A DNA stretch of 64,000 nt from NCBI GenBank assembly GCA_046313635.1, contig JBKBYA010000001.1:1-64000 (forward strand), read 5' to 3'. Made by a program: the position numbers and the translations under genes. Below the pieces are notes generated by a model. That model saw only the letters and a program-made list of their open reading frames with translations. It was not told the DNA's origin and did not search any database. This stretch comes from Pyrinomonadaceae bacterium (lineage in GTDB: Bacteria > Acidobacteriota > Blastocatellia > Pyrinomonadales > Pyrinomonadaceae). Positions 1 through 10,442 of this stretch are shown here, piece by piece (within the stretch, counting starts at the first letter, position 1; each line of letters begins with the position of its first letter).

Positions 1-3000
1 CACCACCAAGATGCACTCGCCCCAGGCCGGAACACCGACACATCCGTCTTCCCGTCACCGTCAAAGTCGAACGGACGACGCGTCGGCACCGCATTGCAAA
101 CGCCCGATCCCGGCGTACATTGTCCGGCAGGGAGCGTTCCGTCGAGTGTCATACCCGGCGTTATCGAAGCGGTGTTGAACGAGAACTGCGTGAACTGCGT
201 TCCGGTGCTCTGCCGCTGAACGCCGACCGTCGCGCTCGCTCCATTTTGGTTTGGAGAGATGCCGGTCTGAACGTAGAGGTTACGGAAGTTGCCGGTACCC
301 TCATACAATACGGTCGCAAAGTTGACCGTGATCGGACCGTTGGTCGTTTCGGCAAAGTGCTGCGCCCGCCATTCGATAACGAGCTGGCGATTAGGGGCCG
401 AGCCGATGACATTCGTGTAAATGCCGCCGCCCGTGACATCCGCGGGATCCATATCGTAGTCATCCCAGAGCGGGAAAATGGTCGGATTGGTTCCGCCGAC
501 ACTTGCCGGAAGGGTGGTGTTGGTGAACGTCGTTGCGGCGGTACCGTTGGCGGTTATCATTCCGTTGGTGCTTGCGCTCAACGATGTGACAGGCACGTCA
601 TAAAGCGTCGATGTCCAGCCTGAAGGCAGCGGGATGGTGACCGCCGCATCGTCAGCCGCACTGCCGGCCACCAGCGTTCCGCCCGCCGGGATCGTCGCTC
701 CGGTGCCTGACGTAAAGGTGTAGACGTTGCCGGGCAGACCGACCGGCAGCGAGAAATTGCTGACCACCGGAGAGCCGCCGCCGCTGCCGCTGAAGGTAAC
801 GGTCAGCGTAAAGCTCGCCTGCGTAAAGCACGCGACACTGTTAGCCACCGAGACCTGGAACGGCGTCGTATTGTTTACCGGACCGCCGCCGGCAGGAATG
901 TCCGGATAGGCCGAATTTGCCTGCGTAACGGTGATGCCGGGCGTATTCGACGTCAGGACAGCCGAAATACCGGTCGCCGTCGCCGAGCCGTTATTTGAGA
1001 TCGGAACATTGAGCGTGTTGCACTCGTTCGGTTCGAGCAGGCCGTTGCCTGACGTGACCGACGCCGTGCCCGTCGGCGCGAGGGTCCACCCGTCGAACGC
1101 CTCGGTGACCACGGTGTTGTTAGCGCCGGTTCCGGCGTTTTGGATGCTCGCACTAAAGCCCATTCCGCGGACGCGGAAGCCCTCACGGACGTCGGTCACG
1201 TCGGCATTGGCCTCGGGGATCGACGGCAGTGCCTGAGCAGCCGCGATGATCGCATCGCGCTCCTGCAGGAACGTCGGGCCGATCGGGGCGAGCTTCATAC
1301 CGTCGGTCACCACTTGCAAAACGCGCGTCGTACCGGCGGTGAAGCCGAGACGGGCGACCATCCGATTGCGAACTTCCCAGAGGGCGCTCGACCAGATCTC
1401 GCCCAGGTTATGTACCTGGTCACAGGTCGACGAGCCGATCGGCCCGCGCGGAAATGCGCTGTTCGGGTTGGTTGACGTGGTCCCGATCAGCGTATTGCAG
1501 TCTGCGTTGACGTACCTGAATGTGAACGGATTGTGAGGCTTGTTGTCAGGACCGCCGAGGAACGTGATCGGAGCACGCGGGAAACGGCGGATGCCATAGT
1601 AGTAGTTGCCGGTGAATCCGGCGGAGATCAGATAGGTCGCATAACCCCCGGTCGTGTAGATGCCGTTGATCGGATCGGTCGGTTCGGCCAGCATCGCGTA
1701 GCCGTAAAAGTCGCCCCAGCCTTCGCCCATACCGCGCGACATATTGGTCGAGAGGCCCGACGCGTTGCCGTGCAGTCTATTAGAGAGTCCGTGCGTGACC
1801 TCGTGAATGATGACCTCGGCATCGGCGGTACCGTCGTAATCGGGGGTCGGCCCTGTCCAGACGTACATCTGCATACGTCCGCGGCCGCCGTCGGCCGGCG
1901 TGCTGAAGTTTGCGTTATTGGTACCCGACGAGTCCTGGCCCTCTGCCGAGACGCGGTCATTGGCGACTCCGCCGCGGCCAAAGTTGTCGTGTTGAAAGTT
2001 AAAGGCCTGTTCGGTAAAACCGAGCTGGTAGAGCCGGTCGTGCCAGCGGTTCATCACATAGAACATCTGGATGACGGCTCCGCGCTGCGCCTGTGCAGTC
2101 AGCGGGTCGTCACCGGGTGTGGGATTGCCCGGTGCGGGATTCCAGGTTGAATTGAAAACCCGATTCGGGCTTCCGACCTGAGGAGCGTCGACGCCGTTCG
2201 TGCCGTCGCGGTCTATACCGGCCTCGAGAGCGTTGCCGTCGGTGACGTTGGCACCGTCGGTGATCCAGCCGTTGTTATTGAATGTATTCGGCGCCTCGTT
2301 GCCGACGAGCGTGACGTTCGTCCTGGTACCGAGCGGTCCCTGAGTACCGAGCGTAGGATCGAGCGGTCCGGGCGAGAGCGGCGCCGGGCTGTCCGCTGCC
2401 CCAACCCACGAGTTAGGGGCGTTATAGACCTGATAAGTGGCAGACTGGGTCTGATCCTCAGTGATGTTCTTACGCCACAGCATCGTGCCGTCGTTGGCGT
2501 CGACGATCACGTAGTAAGCGTTGACCGGCTGCCATATCAGGACACGCCAGGCCGGGACGGCCACGCCCGGTTCTGTCGGGAAATACATTTTCTCCGCGGT
2601 GGTGGCCCAGTCACCCTGGCCAAAGACCGCCTTGAGTTCGGTCGACGCGGCGGAATTAAGCGAAGTATCAGACGATTTCAGTTCATAATTTATCGACCTC
2701 GCCGCGGCTTTTACAGCTTCAGCCGGCGAGCCGAAGTCGGTCGAGACCGAATTGTAATCGATGCCGGGCGCGAGGTTGTTGATCACGCGGATGATCTCGC
2801 CCTTCTTGGTAAAGCCGGCCTTGATCTCGCCGCGGAAAACGGGTACGCCGCCGATCGACTGTTCAAGATGCGTGAATGAGAGATTGCCGTCGGGATTGGT
2901 GTAATCCGCCGTGACCTTAAGCGAATCGATCTGCTGATCGGTGACGCCGATCAGGTCGTTATTTTGCTTTGCAAAGGCGCGAAGTGCCTCGACCCGGCTG

Positions 3001-3413
3001 CCCGATGAAGGCCCGGTGAGGAAGTTGCGGCCCTTGTTGACGTCCGGGCCGATCACTTCGGGGATCCGGATGTCGGTGTTGTACTCGACCTTGAGGGTCG
3101 GGACCCGCGACCTAAGGGCCTCTTCGCCTTGTACGAAGCCATCCCTGATATCGGCCACGGCGCTTGCGCTCTTACCGAGCGAGGCGCGGCGCTGCATCAA
3201 ATAATCCGTGATCTGATCGCCTTTCTGTTCGCGGATGTCATAGTTCGGGAGACCGGGATCATTGCTTTCGGTCCTCGTGAGAAGCCCTTTGCCGCCGCCG
3301 GCCGCCTTTGTTTTCGAGTCGTACGGAAGCACAAGAACAGCCGCGACCGCTGTCAAAGCGAAGATACAAAGCAGTGCACCCCAACGCGCCGCTGCCTTTA
3401 AACGAGATTGCAT
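1..3413 (-). CDS. Secreted M36 (fungalysin-like) zinc metallopeptidase with propeptide, C-terminal beta domains and FG-GAP/VCBS-like tail; 3' end runs off the window; absent from ORF track
   Basis: Manual translation from ATG 3413 (AGGAGG upstream): MQSRLKAAARWGALLC signal-like N-terminus; IIHEVTHGLSNRL (HExxH at 1791-1805), GMGEGWGDF, NNANFSTPADG; ends RRPFDFDGDGKTDVSVFRP at window edge. Confidence 0.88.
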   Translation of the reverse strand, partial: MQSRLKAAARWGALLCIFALTAVAAVLVLPYDSKTKAAGGGKGLLTRTESNDPGLPNYDIREQKGDQITDYLMQRRASLGKSASAVADIRDGFVQGEEALRSRVPTLKVEYNTDIRIPEVIGPDVNKGRNFLTGPSSGSRVEALRAFAKQNNDLIGVTDQQIDSLKVTADYTNPDGNLSFTHLEQSIGGVPVFRGEIKAGFTKKGEIIRVINNLAPGIDYNSVSTDFGSPAEAVKAAARSINYELKSSDTSLNSAASTELKAVFGQGDWATTAEKMYFPTEPGVAVPAWRVLIWQPVNAYYVIVDANDGTMLWRKNITEDQTQSATYQVYNAPNSWVGAADSPAPLSPGPLDPTLGTQGPLGTRTNVTLVGNEAPNTFNNNGWITDGANVTDGNALEAGIDRDGTNGVDAPQVGSPNRVFNSTWNPAPGNPTPGDDPLTAQAQRGAVIQMFYVMNRWHDRLYQLGFTEQAFNFQHDNFGRGGVANDRVSAEGQDSSGTNNANFSTPADGGRGRMQMYVWTGPTPDYDGTADAEVIIHEVTHGLSNRLHGNASGLSTNMSRGMGEGWGDFYGYAMLAEPTDPINGIYTTGGYATYLISAGFTGNYYYGIRRFPRAPITFLGGPDNKPHNPFTFRYVNADCNTLIGTTSTNPNSAFPRGPIGSSTCDQVHNLGEIWSSALWEVRNRMVARLGFTAGTTRVLQVVTDGMKLAPIGPTFLQERDAIIAAAQALPSIPEANADVTDVREGFRVRGMGFSASIQNAGTGANNTVVTEAFDGWTLAPTGTASVTSGNGLLEPNECNTLNVPISNNGSATATGISAVLTSNTPGITVTQANSAYPDIPAGGGPVNNTTPFQVSVANSVACFTQASFTLTVTFSGSGGGSPVVSNFSLPVGLPGNVYTFTSGTGATIPAGGTLVAGSAADDAAVTIPLPSGWTSTLYDVPVTSLSASTNGMITANGTAATTFTNTTLPASVGGTNPTIFPLWDDYDMDPADVTGGGIYTNVIGSAPNRQLVIEWRAQHFAETTNGPITVNFATVLYEGTGNFRNLYVQTGISPNQNGASATVGVQRQSTGTQFTQFSFNTASITPGMTLDGTLPAGQCTPGSGVCNAVPTRRPFDFDGDGKTDVSVFRPGASASWW

Positions 3414-3768
3414 TTCTAACCCTCCTAATGCTGTGGTGGACAAGACCAGCCGCGGGCTCATCGCCTCGGCTGCGTGCTAGTGAATTAAATACGGGACAGA
3501 CAAACTAAATAACCGGTAAGACTCTGCCAGGGCCACGATCAGTCCTCAATAACAGAATCAGTTGTACCCCTGACTTACAATTGCGGAAAGGGTATTGAAA
3601 AAATGTAAAACTTATCCAGAGCGGATTTGATCTGATACGTTTTAGCAGAAGTCGGCCAAATCGTCAATCGGTAACAGGCCGTCGGCGAGAACCATTTGAT
3701 CTCGGATCTCCTTGGAGACTTCGGCTCGCAAATGACAAATTTGCCGGCAAAAGCATCAAATCTGCCGT

Positions 3769-4875
3769 ATGGGCTATCTCAACGCACTCAAGAGAAGATT
3801 TCGTTTGATGCAGATCGGGGGCGTGCCGGTCTGGGCAGATTATCGATGGCTGATCGTGCTGCTGCTGATGTCGATCATCGCCGCAGAGAGCCTGTCCGCG
3901 TCGACGGGCGCCGGCGGGGCCGCGTATCTGGCGGGCGTCGTGACGGCACTTGCCTTTTTTGCTTCGGTGCTGCTGCACGAGGTCGCCCACGCCTTTGTCG
4001 CCCGCCTGGAGGGAGCCGACGTCGTCGAGATCGTACTCCATCCCTTCGGCGGTCTCGCGCGGATGAAGCAAGAGCCCGAAACGCCTCGTGCCGAGTTTCG
4101 GATCGCGGCCGCCGGGCCCGCGGCCAGCTTTCTGCTGGCGCTTGTCTTTTTGGCATCGATGGCGGCGGCCGGAGGGCTCGAGGCCGCACTGATCGTCTAC
4201 GTCTGTTTTTTGCTTGCCTCGTTCAATTTTCTGATAGCGGTCTTTAATCTGTTTCCGGGATATCCGCTGGACGGCGGCCGCTTGCTCCGGGCCTACCTTT
4301 GGCGATCGGGCCGAGACATCGACGAGGCGACCGTATTGACGGGGCGTGCCGGCCAGCTGATCGGCGGCGCGATGGTCGTGCTGGGACTCGTTCTGGCGCT
4401 GCTGCGGCAAGATCTCTTTACGGGTTTTTGGATGATCCTCGTCGGAATATTCTTGTACGATGCGGCCACAGGGATCATTCGCGAGGTACTGTCGCTCGAT
4501 CGCGTGAAGGTCATGGACGTGATGAGACTGCCGGTCGCCGTCGAGCCCGACGCGGACGTCCTTTATTTCGTCGATCACGTTCTGCCGGTCAATCGTCAAT
4601 CGGTCTTCCCGGTCGCGCGCGACAGGCAGCTTTTCGGAATGCTGCTGCTTGACGACCTCAAGCGTCTCGAACGTGACGTCTGGCGTACCACACGGGTCCG
4701 AGAGGTAATGCGGCCGGTGACGGTCGATCATTTTGTCGATGCGGGCGACACGCTCGGCCGCGCACGAGAGCTGATGCAGTCAAACCAGATCGGTGCGGTC
4801 GGCGTTCTCGATCATGAAGGCAAGCTGGTCGGATTTCTCGGCGGTCAGATTATCAAACGGAAAGGTTCGGGATAG
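3769..4875 (+). CDS. Site-2 (M50) membrane metalloprotease with C-terminal CBS pair
   Basis: LLHEVAH, FNLFPGYPLDGGR motifs; TM segments; CBS-like C-terminus. Confidence 0.9.
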   Translation: MGYLNALKRRFRLMQIGGVPVWADYRWLIVLLLMSIIAAESLSASTGAGGAAYLAGVVTALAFFASVLLHEVAHAFVARLEGADVVEIVLHPFGGLARMKQEPETPRAEFRIAAAGPAASFLLALVFLASMAAAGGLEAALIVYVCFLLASFNFLIAVFNLFPGYPLDGGRLLRAYLWRSGRDIDEATVLTGRAGQLIGGAMVVLGLVLALLRQDLFTGFWMILVGIFLYDAATGIIREVLSLDRVKVMDVMRLPVAVEPDADVLYFVDHVLPVNRQSVFPVARDRQLFGMLLLDDLKRLERDVWRTTRVREVMRPVTVDHFVDAGDTLGRARELMQSNQIGAVGVLDHEGKLVGFLGGQIIKRKGSG

Positions 4876-4943
4876 AATGGCGTTGGCCCACCTCGCGCTT
4901 CCGGCCGTCGAGCAGGCGTGGGCCGGCGGCCTTTGTTTTATTT

Positions 4944-5783
4944 ATGGACCCTGGCGAATACGTCTCGCTCGCGACGCTGCGGAATGTCATCGACATTCTG
5001 CTGGTCTTCGTGATCGTCTACGTCGTGCTCAAGCTCTTGCGCGGCACGCGCGCGGTGCCGACGGTCGTCGGTCTCGTGCTGCTGGGACTGCTCTACTGGG
5101 TCGCCCTCGCACAGGATCTCGCGACGCTCGAATTCGTGCTTCGCTACGCGGTCGTCTATGTCGGATTTGCGATCATCGTCTTGTTCCAGTCCGAGATCAG
5201 GCAGGCGCTGATCTACTTTGCGAGCCGGCTGCGGTTTCCGATATTGAAGCGGCAGCGGGGACAGTTCGGCGGCAGCGTGTACGACGAGATCGTTCTGGCC
5301 GTGACGACGCTCGCCTCCGAAAAGACCGGAGCTCTGATCGTCATCGAGCGCAGCGTCGGCCTTCGAAACTTTGTCGACGCCGGCGTGCAGCTCGATGCTC
5401 GGTTGAGCTACGATCTGCTCGTCACGATATTCAATCCCGCGACGCCGCTGCACGACGGAGCCGTCGTCATCCAAAATGAGCGGCTTGCCGCGGCGTCGGT
5501 CTTTTTGCCGCTGACCAAGAATCCGGAGATCTCGCGCGAGCTCGGCACGCGGCACCGCGCCGCGATCGGCATCACCGAGGGCACCGACGCGATCTCGATC
5601 GTCGTCTCCGAAGAGACGGGCCTGGTGACCTACGTCGAAGCCGGCGAAGTGCGGCGCAATCTCGACCCGCAGGCGCTGCGCAAGCTGCTGCTCGACGCGA
5701 TGGAGATACCGATCGTCGACGCCGTCAAACGCGAGCCGACCAAGACAATGAAGGAGAGCGAGACCGAGATCACCATCGGTTGA
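4944..5783 (+). CDS. cdaA: Diadenylate cyclase CdaA
   Basis: Three N-terminal TM helices; catalytic LHDGA and GTRHRAA motifs; VVSEETG. Confidence 0.93.
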   Translation: MDPGEYVSLATLRNVIDILLVFVIVYVVLKLLRGTRAVPTVVGLVLLGLLYWVALAQDLATLEFVLRYAVVYVGFAIIVLFQSEIRQALIYFASRLRFPILKRQRGQFGGSVYDEIVLAVTTLASEKTGALIVIERSVGLRNFVDAGVQLDARLSYDLLVTIFNPATPLHDGAVVIQNERLAAASVFLPLTKNPEISRELGTRHRAAIGITEGTDAISIVVSEETGLVTYVEAGEVRRNLDPQALRKLLLDAMEIPIVDAVKREPTKTMKESETEITIG

Positions 5784-5790
5784 CAGACCA

Positions 5791-6726
5791 ATGCCCGACG
5801 GCGTACGAAACATTTTGACCGATCGCCCCAACAGATTGATCTTTAAGCACGTCCTGCGAAAGATCTTTCTCGAGGACTGGGGCCTCAAGCTGATGGCGCT
5901 CGTCATCACGCTCGCGCTCTGGCTCGGCGTCACCGGCCTCAGCACTCCGGTCACAAAGAGATTCACCGTCCCGCTCGTGATCGGGATCTCGAATAACGCC
6001 GAGATCACCAATTCGCCCGAGAAAGAGATCGACATCATTCTCTCGGGCGACAAACGCAAGATCGACCAGATAAATCGCTCCGAGCTGACGGCGATGATCG
6101 ACATCAGCGATCTGGCGCCCGGCGATCGCTTGCTGCAGCTCACTCCTGAAACGGTGGCCGTCCCGCAGCTCCCGCCGGGAGTAAAGCTCGAGGGCGTGCA
6201 GCCGGGCGGCATCGCGGTCAGTCTCGAGAATGTCGAGGAAAGGGACATCGAGGTCAGGCCACAGCTCAGCGGCCGCCCCGCTGAGGGATTTGAGGTCTAC
6301 GCCACCAAGGCCTCGCCCGCAAAGGTGCGCGTTCGCGGTCCGGAGAGCTTGGTAAGGACGATCGAATTCGTCCCGACCGGGCCGATCGAGATCGACGGAG
6401 CGCGCGAGGCTCAGACGGCGCGTCAGGTGCCGGTCATGATCTCGACACCCAAAACGTCGGTCGTCTCGAGCACGGTCGTCGACGTGCAGATCGACATCGG
6501 CGAGCGGCGGATCGAGAGGACCTTTACCGTGCCGGTCAAAGACGCTTCGTCGACACGTGCCCGCGTCGTGCTTTTTGGCCCAAAGTCGCTCGTTGACGAG
6601 ATCACCTCCGACGACCTGCGCGTCGACGTAGCGCGCTCGCCCGACGGCACAGAGACCCCGCGGCTCACCCTGCCGGCAAATCTGAGAGACAAGGTCGTCG
6701 AGCGCTCTGTACGCCTGCGCGGCTGA
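5791..6726 (+). CDS. cdaR: CdaR/YbbR-like regulator of diadenylate cyclase
   Basis: [12 protein letters not shown] anchor followed by YbbR-like repeats ([11 protein letters not shown]); directly downstream of cdaA. Confidence 0.82.
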   Translation: MPDGVRNILTDRPNRLIFKHVLRKIFLEDWGLKLMALVITLALWLGVTGLSTPVTKRFTVPLVIGISNNAEITNSPEKEIDIILSGDKRKIDQINRSELTAMIDISDLAPGDRLLQLTPETVAVPQLPPGVKLEGVQPGGIAVSLENVEERDIEVRPQLSGRPAEGFEVYATKASPAKVRVRGPESLVRTIEFVPTGPIEIDGAREAQTARQVPVMISTPKTSVVSSTVVDVQIDIGERRIERTFTVPVKDASSTRARVVLFGPKSLVDEITSDDLRVDVARSPDGTETPRLTLPANLRDKVVERSVRLRG

Positions 6727-6869
6727 GTAGGCCCGGACACTCTGCTTCCAATTCGTTGACACTCGCCGAGGCTCGAATGTATCGTGAGGCATTCTTTCTT
6801 TGCGAGCTTTACGAGTCGGTCTTATTTTTCCGCTCTTTTTGTAGATCAATACCAGGAGCATTACCGACA

Positions 6870-7814
6870 ATGAAAAAACTCTCATTTGCGGCCGCGGCGG
6901 TCGCGGCATTAGCTTTCGCCTCGCTTTTTTCGGCCTTGCGCTACTCGGCCGCCGAATCGGTCTCGGCCGAGCAGTCGCTCGAGAACGTCGTCGTCGCCGG
7001 CCCGTCGCAGACCGGCGCGGCGTCTGAATCGAGACGCCATTGCGGCACGCGGCACGACCCGGCCGAGATCGCCGCGGCGGAGAGCGATTTCAGCTCGCGG
7101 CTGGCCGACCCAAAGAACAGATCGGCGATCGACAGCGTCACCGGCGGCGTTGTCAACGTTTACTTTCACGTGATCAATCAGGGCGCCAACCAGCGAAACG
7201 GCGACCTCTCGGACCGCACGATCCAGGCGCAGATGCGCGTGCTGAACGACGCGTTTGCGGCAGGCGGCTGGGCATTTAACCTGGTGTCCGTAGATCGCAC
7301 GACCAATGCCGAGTGGTACAACGGCTGTCATCTATCGTCGGTCGAAAAGGCAATGAAGACCGCCCTTCATCGCGGCGGCGCGACCGATCTGAATATCTAC
7401 ACCTGCAATCTCGGCGACGACCTTCTCGGCTACGCGACTTTTCCAAACTGGTACGCCGGCAAGCCGCTGCTCGACGGCGTAGTCATCCATACCGAGAGCG
7501 TTCCGGGCGGCGCGTTCAAGAATTACAGCGAGGGCGATACGGCAACGCACGAGGTCGGGCACTGGATGGGCCTTTACCACACGTTCCAGGGCGGCTGTAA
7601 CGGTCAGGCCGATTTTGTCGACGACACGCCGGCCGAGGCCTCGCCGGCCTTTGGCTGCCCAGCTGGCCGCGACTCGTGCGCCGGATCGCGCTATCCGGGA
7701 CTCGACCCGATCGAGAACTTTATGGACTACACCTACGACTCGTGCATGTTCCAGTTCACCAGCGGCCAGCATAGGCGAATGGACGACCAGTTCGCGCTGT
7801 ACCGTGCGCGTTGA
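6870..7814 (+). CDS. Secreted M43 (pappalysin/ulilysin-like) zinc metalloprotease
   Basis: [18 protein letters not shown] Met-turn, CGT cysteine-switch-like motif; start moved to ATG 6870 (AGGAG RBS, signal peptide). Confidence 0.9.
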   Translation: MKKLSFAAAAVAALAFASLFSALRYSAAESVSAEQSLENVVVAGPSQTGAASESRRHCGTRHDPAEIAAAESDFSSRLADPKNRSAIDSVTGGVVNVYFHVINQGANQRNGDLSDRTIQAQMRVLNDAFAAGGWAFNLVSVDRTTNAEWYNGCHLSSVEKAMKTALHRGGATDLNIYTCNLGDDLLGYATFPNWYAGKPLLDGVVIHTESVPGGAFKNYSEGDTATHEVGHWMGLYHTFQGGCNGQADFVDDTPAEASPAFGCPAGRDSCAGSRYPGLDPIENFMDYTYDSCMFQFTSGQHRRMDDQFALYRAR

Positions 7815-7865
7815 ATTTGAAACTCACCGGAAGTCGGTCAGAGCTTTTCTGAACAGCCCGGTCTA

Positions 7866-7957
7866 CTTCTCTGCCGTCTCTGTGTAACGTTGCGGCCTCT
7901 GCGATTAACTAATTCTTAACGCAGAGGCCACAAAGTTTTTCGCGGAGACCGCAGAAG
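7866..7957. repeat. Imperfect inverted-repeat element built from CTCTGCG-like units, between convergent genes
   Basis: Left arm ...ggcctctgcgattaa pairs with right arm ttaacgcagaggcc...ggagaccgcagaag. Confidence 0.7.
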
Positions 7958-8006
7958 CTGATCTCACTCGTTGCAAACATCATCGGTTCTCTTTCGGAGT
8001 GTCGGC

Positions 8007-8705
8007 TCACCGGATCAGGCCTTGAATGAACGCGGCGATGTCGTCCCGCATCTCGTCGGTGATCTCGTGATCGGCGCGGTATTGTCTGGAGCGATAATTC
8101 GGCACGGCGCGTCGCAGCTTTTCGTCAAACTCCGCAAACTTCTCGTTTGAATAATACTCGTCGTTATCGCCGTACACGTAAAAGGTCTCGGCCTGGAACG
8201 GTCGATAGATCTCGCTCGAATCGAGATCGCCCGGTATGCCGCCGCACGCCGCGACGAGCCCGCGTAAGACTTCCGGATAGGTGAACGCAAACCTGAAATT
8301 CAGCGCGCTCGACTGCGAAAACCCGTAGAGAAAAACTTGCGACCGGTCGATCAGATGCTCCGCCGCATGGCGCTCGATCAGATCGAGCAAAAAGCGGTGA
8401 TGCAGGCGCACGTACTCTTCGGGTCTATGGTCGGTCAGCCAGGCAAAGCCGATCCGGTACGAGTCGCCTGTCCGCTGAAAGTGCTGGTGCGGCCCCTGCA
8501 CCGACGCGATCACAAACCGTTCGCCCGCGACCGCCTTTGCCTCGCGCATCATCCAGCGCTTCGTCTGGCCGTAGCCGTGGACCGCGATCAAAAGCGGCGC
8601 GGGCCGCGTCACGGTCTCGGGAATGTAAAGGTCGTAATAGAGACTGATCTCGCCTCGGAGTGCGAGATCGGTACGGGTTTCTTCCATCTGAAAAGAATCT
8701 AGCAT
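8007..8705 (-). CDS. Alpha/beta hydrolase (phospholipase/carboxylesterase-like)
   Basis: VHGYG oxyanion motif, GFSQS nucleophile elbow, GDND and HEI residues. Confidence 0.8.
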   Translation of the reverse strand: MLDSFQMEETRTDLALRGEISLYYDLYIPETVTRPAPLLIAVHGYGQTKRWMMREAKAVAGERFVIASVQGPHQHFQRTGDSYRIGFAWLTDHRPEEYVRLHHRFLLDLIERHAAEHLIDRSQVFLYGFSQSSALNFRFAFTYPEVLRGLVAACGGIPGDLDSSEIYRPFQAETFYVYGDNDEYYSNEKFAEFDEKLRRAVPNYRSRQYRADHEITDEMRDDIAAFIQGLIR

Positions 8706-8756
8706 ATCGGCCAGACCGGCCGCCTCGCAGAACTCTTGTTAGAATATTCGCGGCCT

Positions 8757-10442
8757 ATGCAGCGAATTCTTGAACTGGTCGACGACGTCGGCGCGATCGA
8801 CACAAGCGGTCTCGCGCTCGTGCTCGAACGCGCGTCATTTATCTTTTTGGCGCTGATGGTCGCGGCCGCTCCGCACTCGATCGCGGCGACGCAGACGGCG
8901 TGGCTGATCGGCATGGCAGCGTGGGTCGCTCGCCAATTCGTCGCTCGAGGCAGCTACCGCCGCGATCAGCCAAACTCCCGAGCAAGACAGTTCCTCAACT
9001 ACGCGCTCTGGGCGCTGCTGATCTGGTCGGCGATAAGCTCGCTGATGTCGTACGAGCCGGCCATCTCGCTCGACCGGCTACGCGGCGTTTCGGTGCTGCT
9101 GATCTTTTTTTTCGTGGTCGGCTGCGTCCGCACGCGCCGCGCGGCGATCTTTCTCGGCCTGCTTCTGATCTACTCTTGCATGGTCAACGTCGTCTGGACG
9201 CCGATCGAGCGCGTCCTCGGTCGCGGCGTCGAGATCCACGGCGTCTCGCCGGACGGCCCGCTCGGCAAGGCCCTGCTCTACAGCGGCGACACGCTGCTCG
9301 AGGTCAACCGGCAAAAGGTGAGCTCGCCTGAGGAAGTGGTCGCCGCGCTGGAGCTGAGCGACGTCTCGGAGGTCAAATTTTACCGGCCCGATTTCGACGC
9401 CGTCGTTAAGGTCAAAAAGGGCGACGTCCTCGCCGGGGATTCTGCGACCGCTCAGCTCGGCATCGACGGTTGGTCTAAAAGTCACAACTGGCGTTCGAAG
9501 GGCTTTTACGGTCACTACACGACCTACGCCGAGGTCCTGCAGCTCATCGCGTCGCTGCTCTTCGGCCTCGTGATCGCAAGCATCTCGAAGAGGAGAGGAG
9601 GTGAGGAGCAGAGGAGCGAAGGAGCAGGATCGACCGAGACCGCGGCACGAGCGCGTTCCTTGTCCTCCACTCCTCCACTCCTCCCCTCCTCCATTCCTCG
9701 CCTCCTCACCTCCTCCACGCTTCTCATCATTTCGCTCGCCGCGATGTGCTTCGCGCTTTTGCTTACCGTTACGCGCGCTTCGCAGCTTGCGTTCATGATC
9801 TCGGCATTCGTGATCGTCATTCTCGGCGCGAGCCGTAAGATGGCGATGGCCGCGGTGCTGCTCGCGCTGCCGATCGCTTTTGGCGGGCTGCTGTTTTTGC
9901 AGCAATCGAGGAATACGGGCTTTTTCGACTCGCGGGACGAATCGACGCGCTACCGCTTTGTGATGTGGCGCGACGGCGTGCGGATCTGGTCGGAGAGTCC
10001 GCGCAACATTGTCTTTGGCGTCGGCATGGACTCGATCCAGAAGCGCTGGCAGGAGTGGGGAATGTACGAGGGCGGCAGCCTGCCTATGGGACATTTTCAT
10101 TCGACGCTGGTGCAGCTGCTCGTCGAACGCGGCCTGCCCGCGCTCTTGATCTGGCTCATCGCGCTCGCCGCCTACATTTGGATACTGCTCGTCGCGATCC
10201 GCCGGATGAGGTCAAACGCTCCGCCCGACAGAGATGCGCGGCTGACCTTTGGAATGCTGCTCGGATGTCTCGGCGGCGCGATCGGATTTTTTGCGAGCGG
10301 CATCGTGCACTACAACCTCGGCGACCAGGAGGTCGCGATGGTCTTTTACCTGCTGATGGGCCTCGGCGTCAGGCTCGCGTGTGAAACCGTTCGGCGGCCC
10401 AATACCGTCGAAAAGCGCGTCGAGTATCGGCTGGCCGCCTAA
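8757..10442 (+). CDS. O-antigen ligase family membrane protein with periplasmic PDZ-like insert
   Basis: Multiple TM helices; LTVTRAS, FGVG, HFHSTLVQLLVERG WaaL-like motifs; GDTLLEVN PDZ-like segment. Confidence 0.8.
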   Translation: MQRILELVDDVGAIDTSGLALVLERASFIFLALMVAAAPHSIAATQTAWLIGMAAWVARQFVARGSYRRDQPNSRARQFLNYALWALLIWSAISSLMSYEPAISLDRLRGVSVLLIFFFVVGCVRTRRAAIFLGLLLIYSCMVNVVWTPIERVLGRGVEIHGVSPDGPLGKALLYSGDTLLEVNRQKVSSPEEVVAALELSDVSEVKFYRPDFDAVVKVKKGDVLAGDSATAQLGIDGWSKSHNWRSKGFYGHYTTYAEVLQLIASLLFGLVIASISKRRGGEEQRSEGAGSTETAARARSLSSTPPLLPSSIPRLLTSSTLLIISLAAMCFALLLTVTRASQLAFMISAFVIVILGASRKMAMAAVLLALPIAFGGLLFLQQSRNTGFFDSRDESTRYRFVMWRDGVRIWSESPRNIVFGVGMDSIQKRWQEWGMYEGGSLPMGHFHSTLVQLLVERGLPALLIWLIALAAYIWILLVAIRRMRSNAPPDRDARLTFGMLLGCLGGAIGFFASGIVHYNLGDQEVAMVFYLLMGLGVRLACETVRRPNTVEKRVEYRLAA

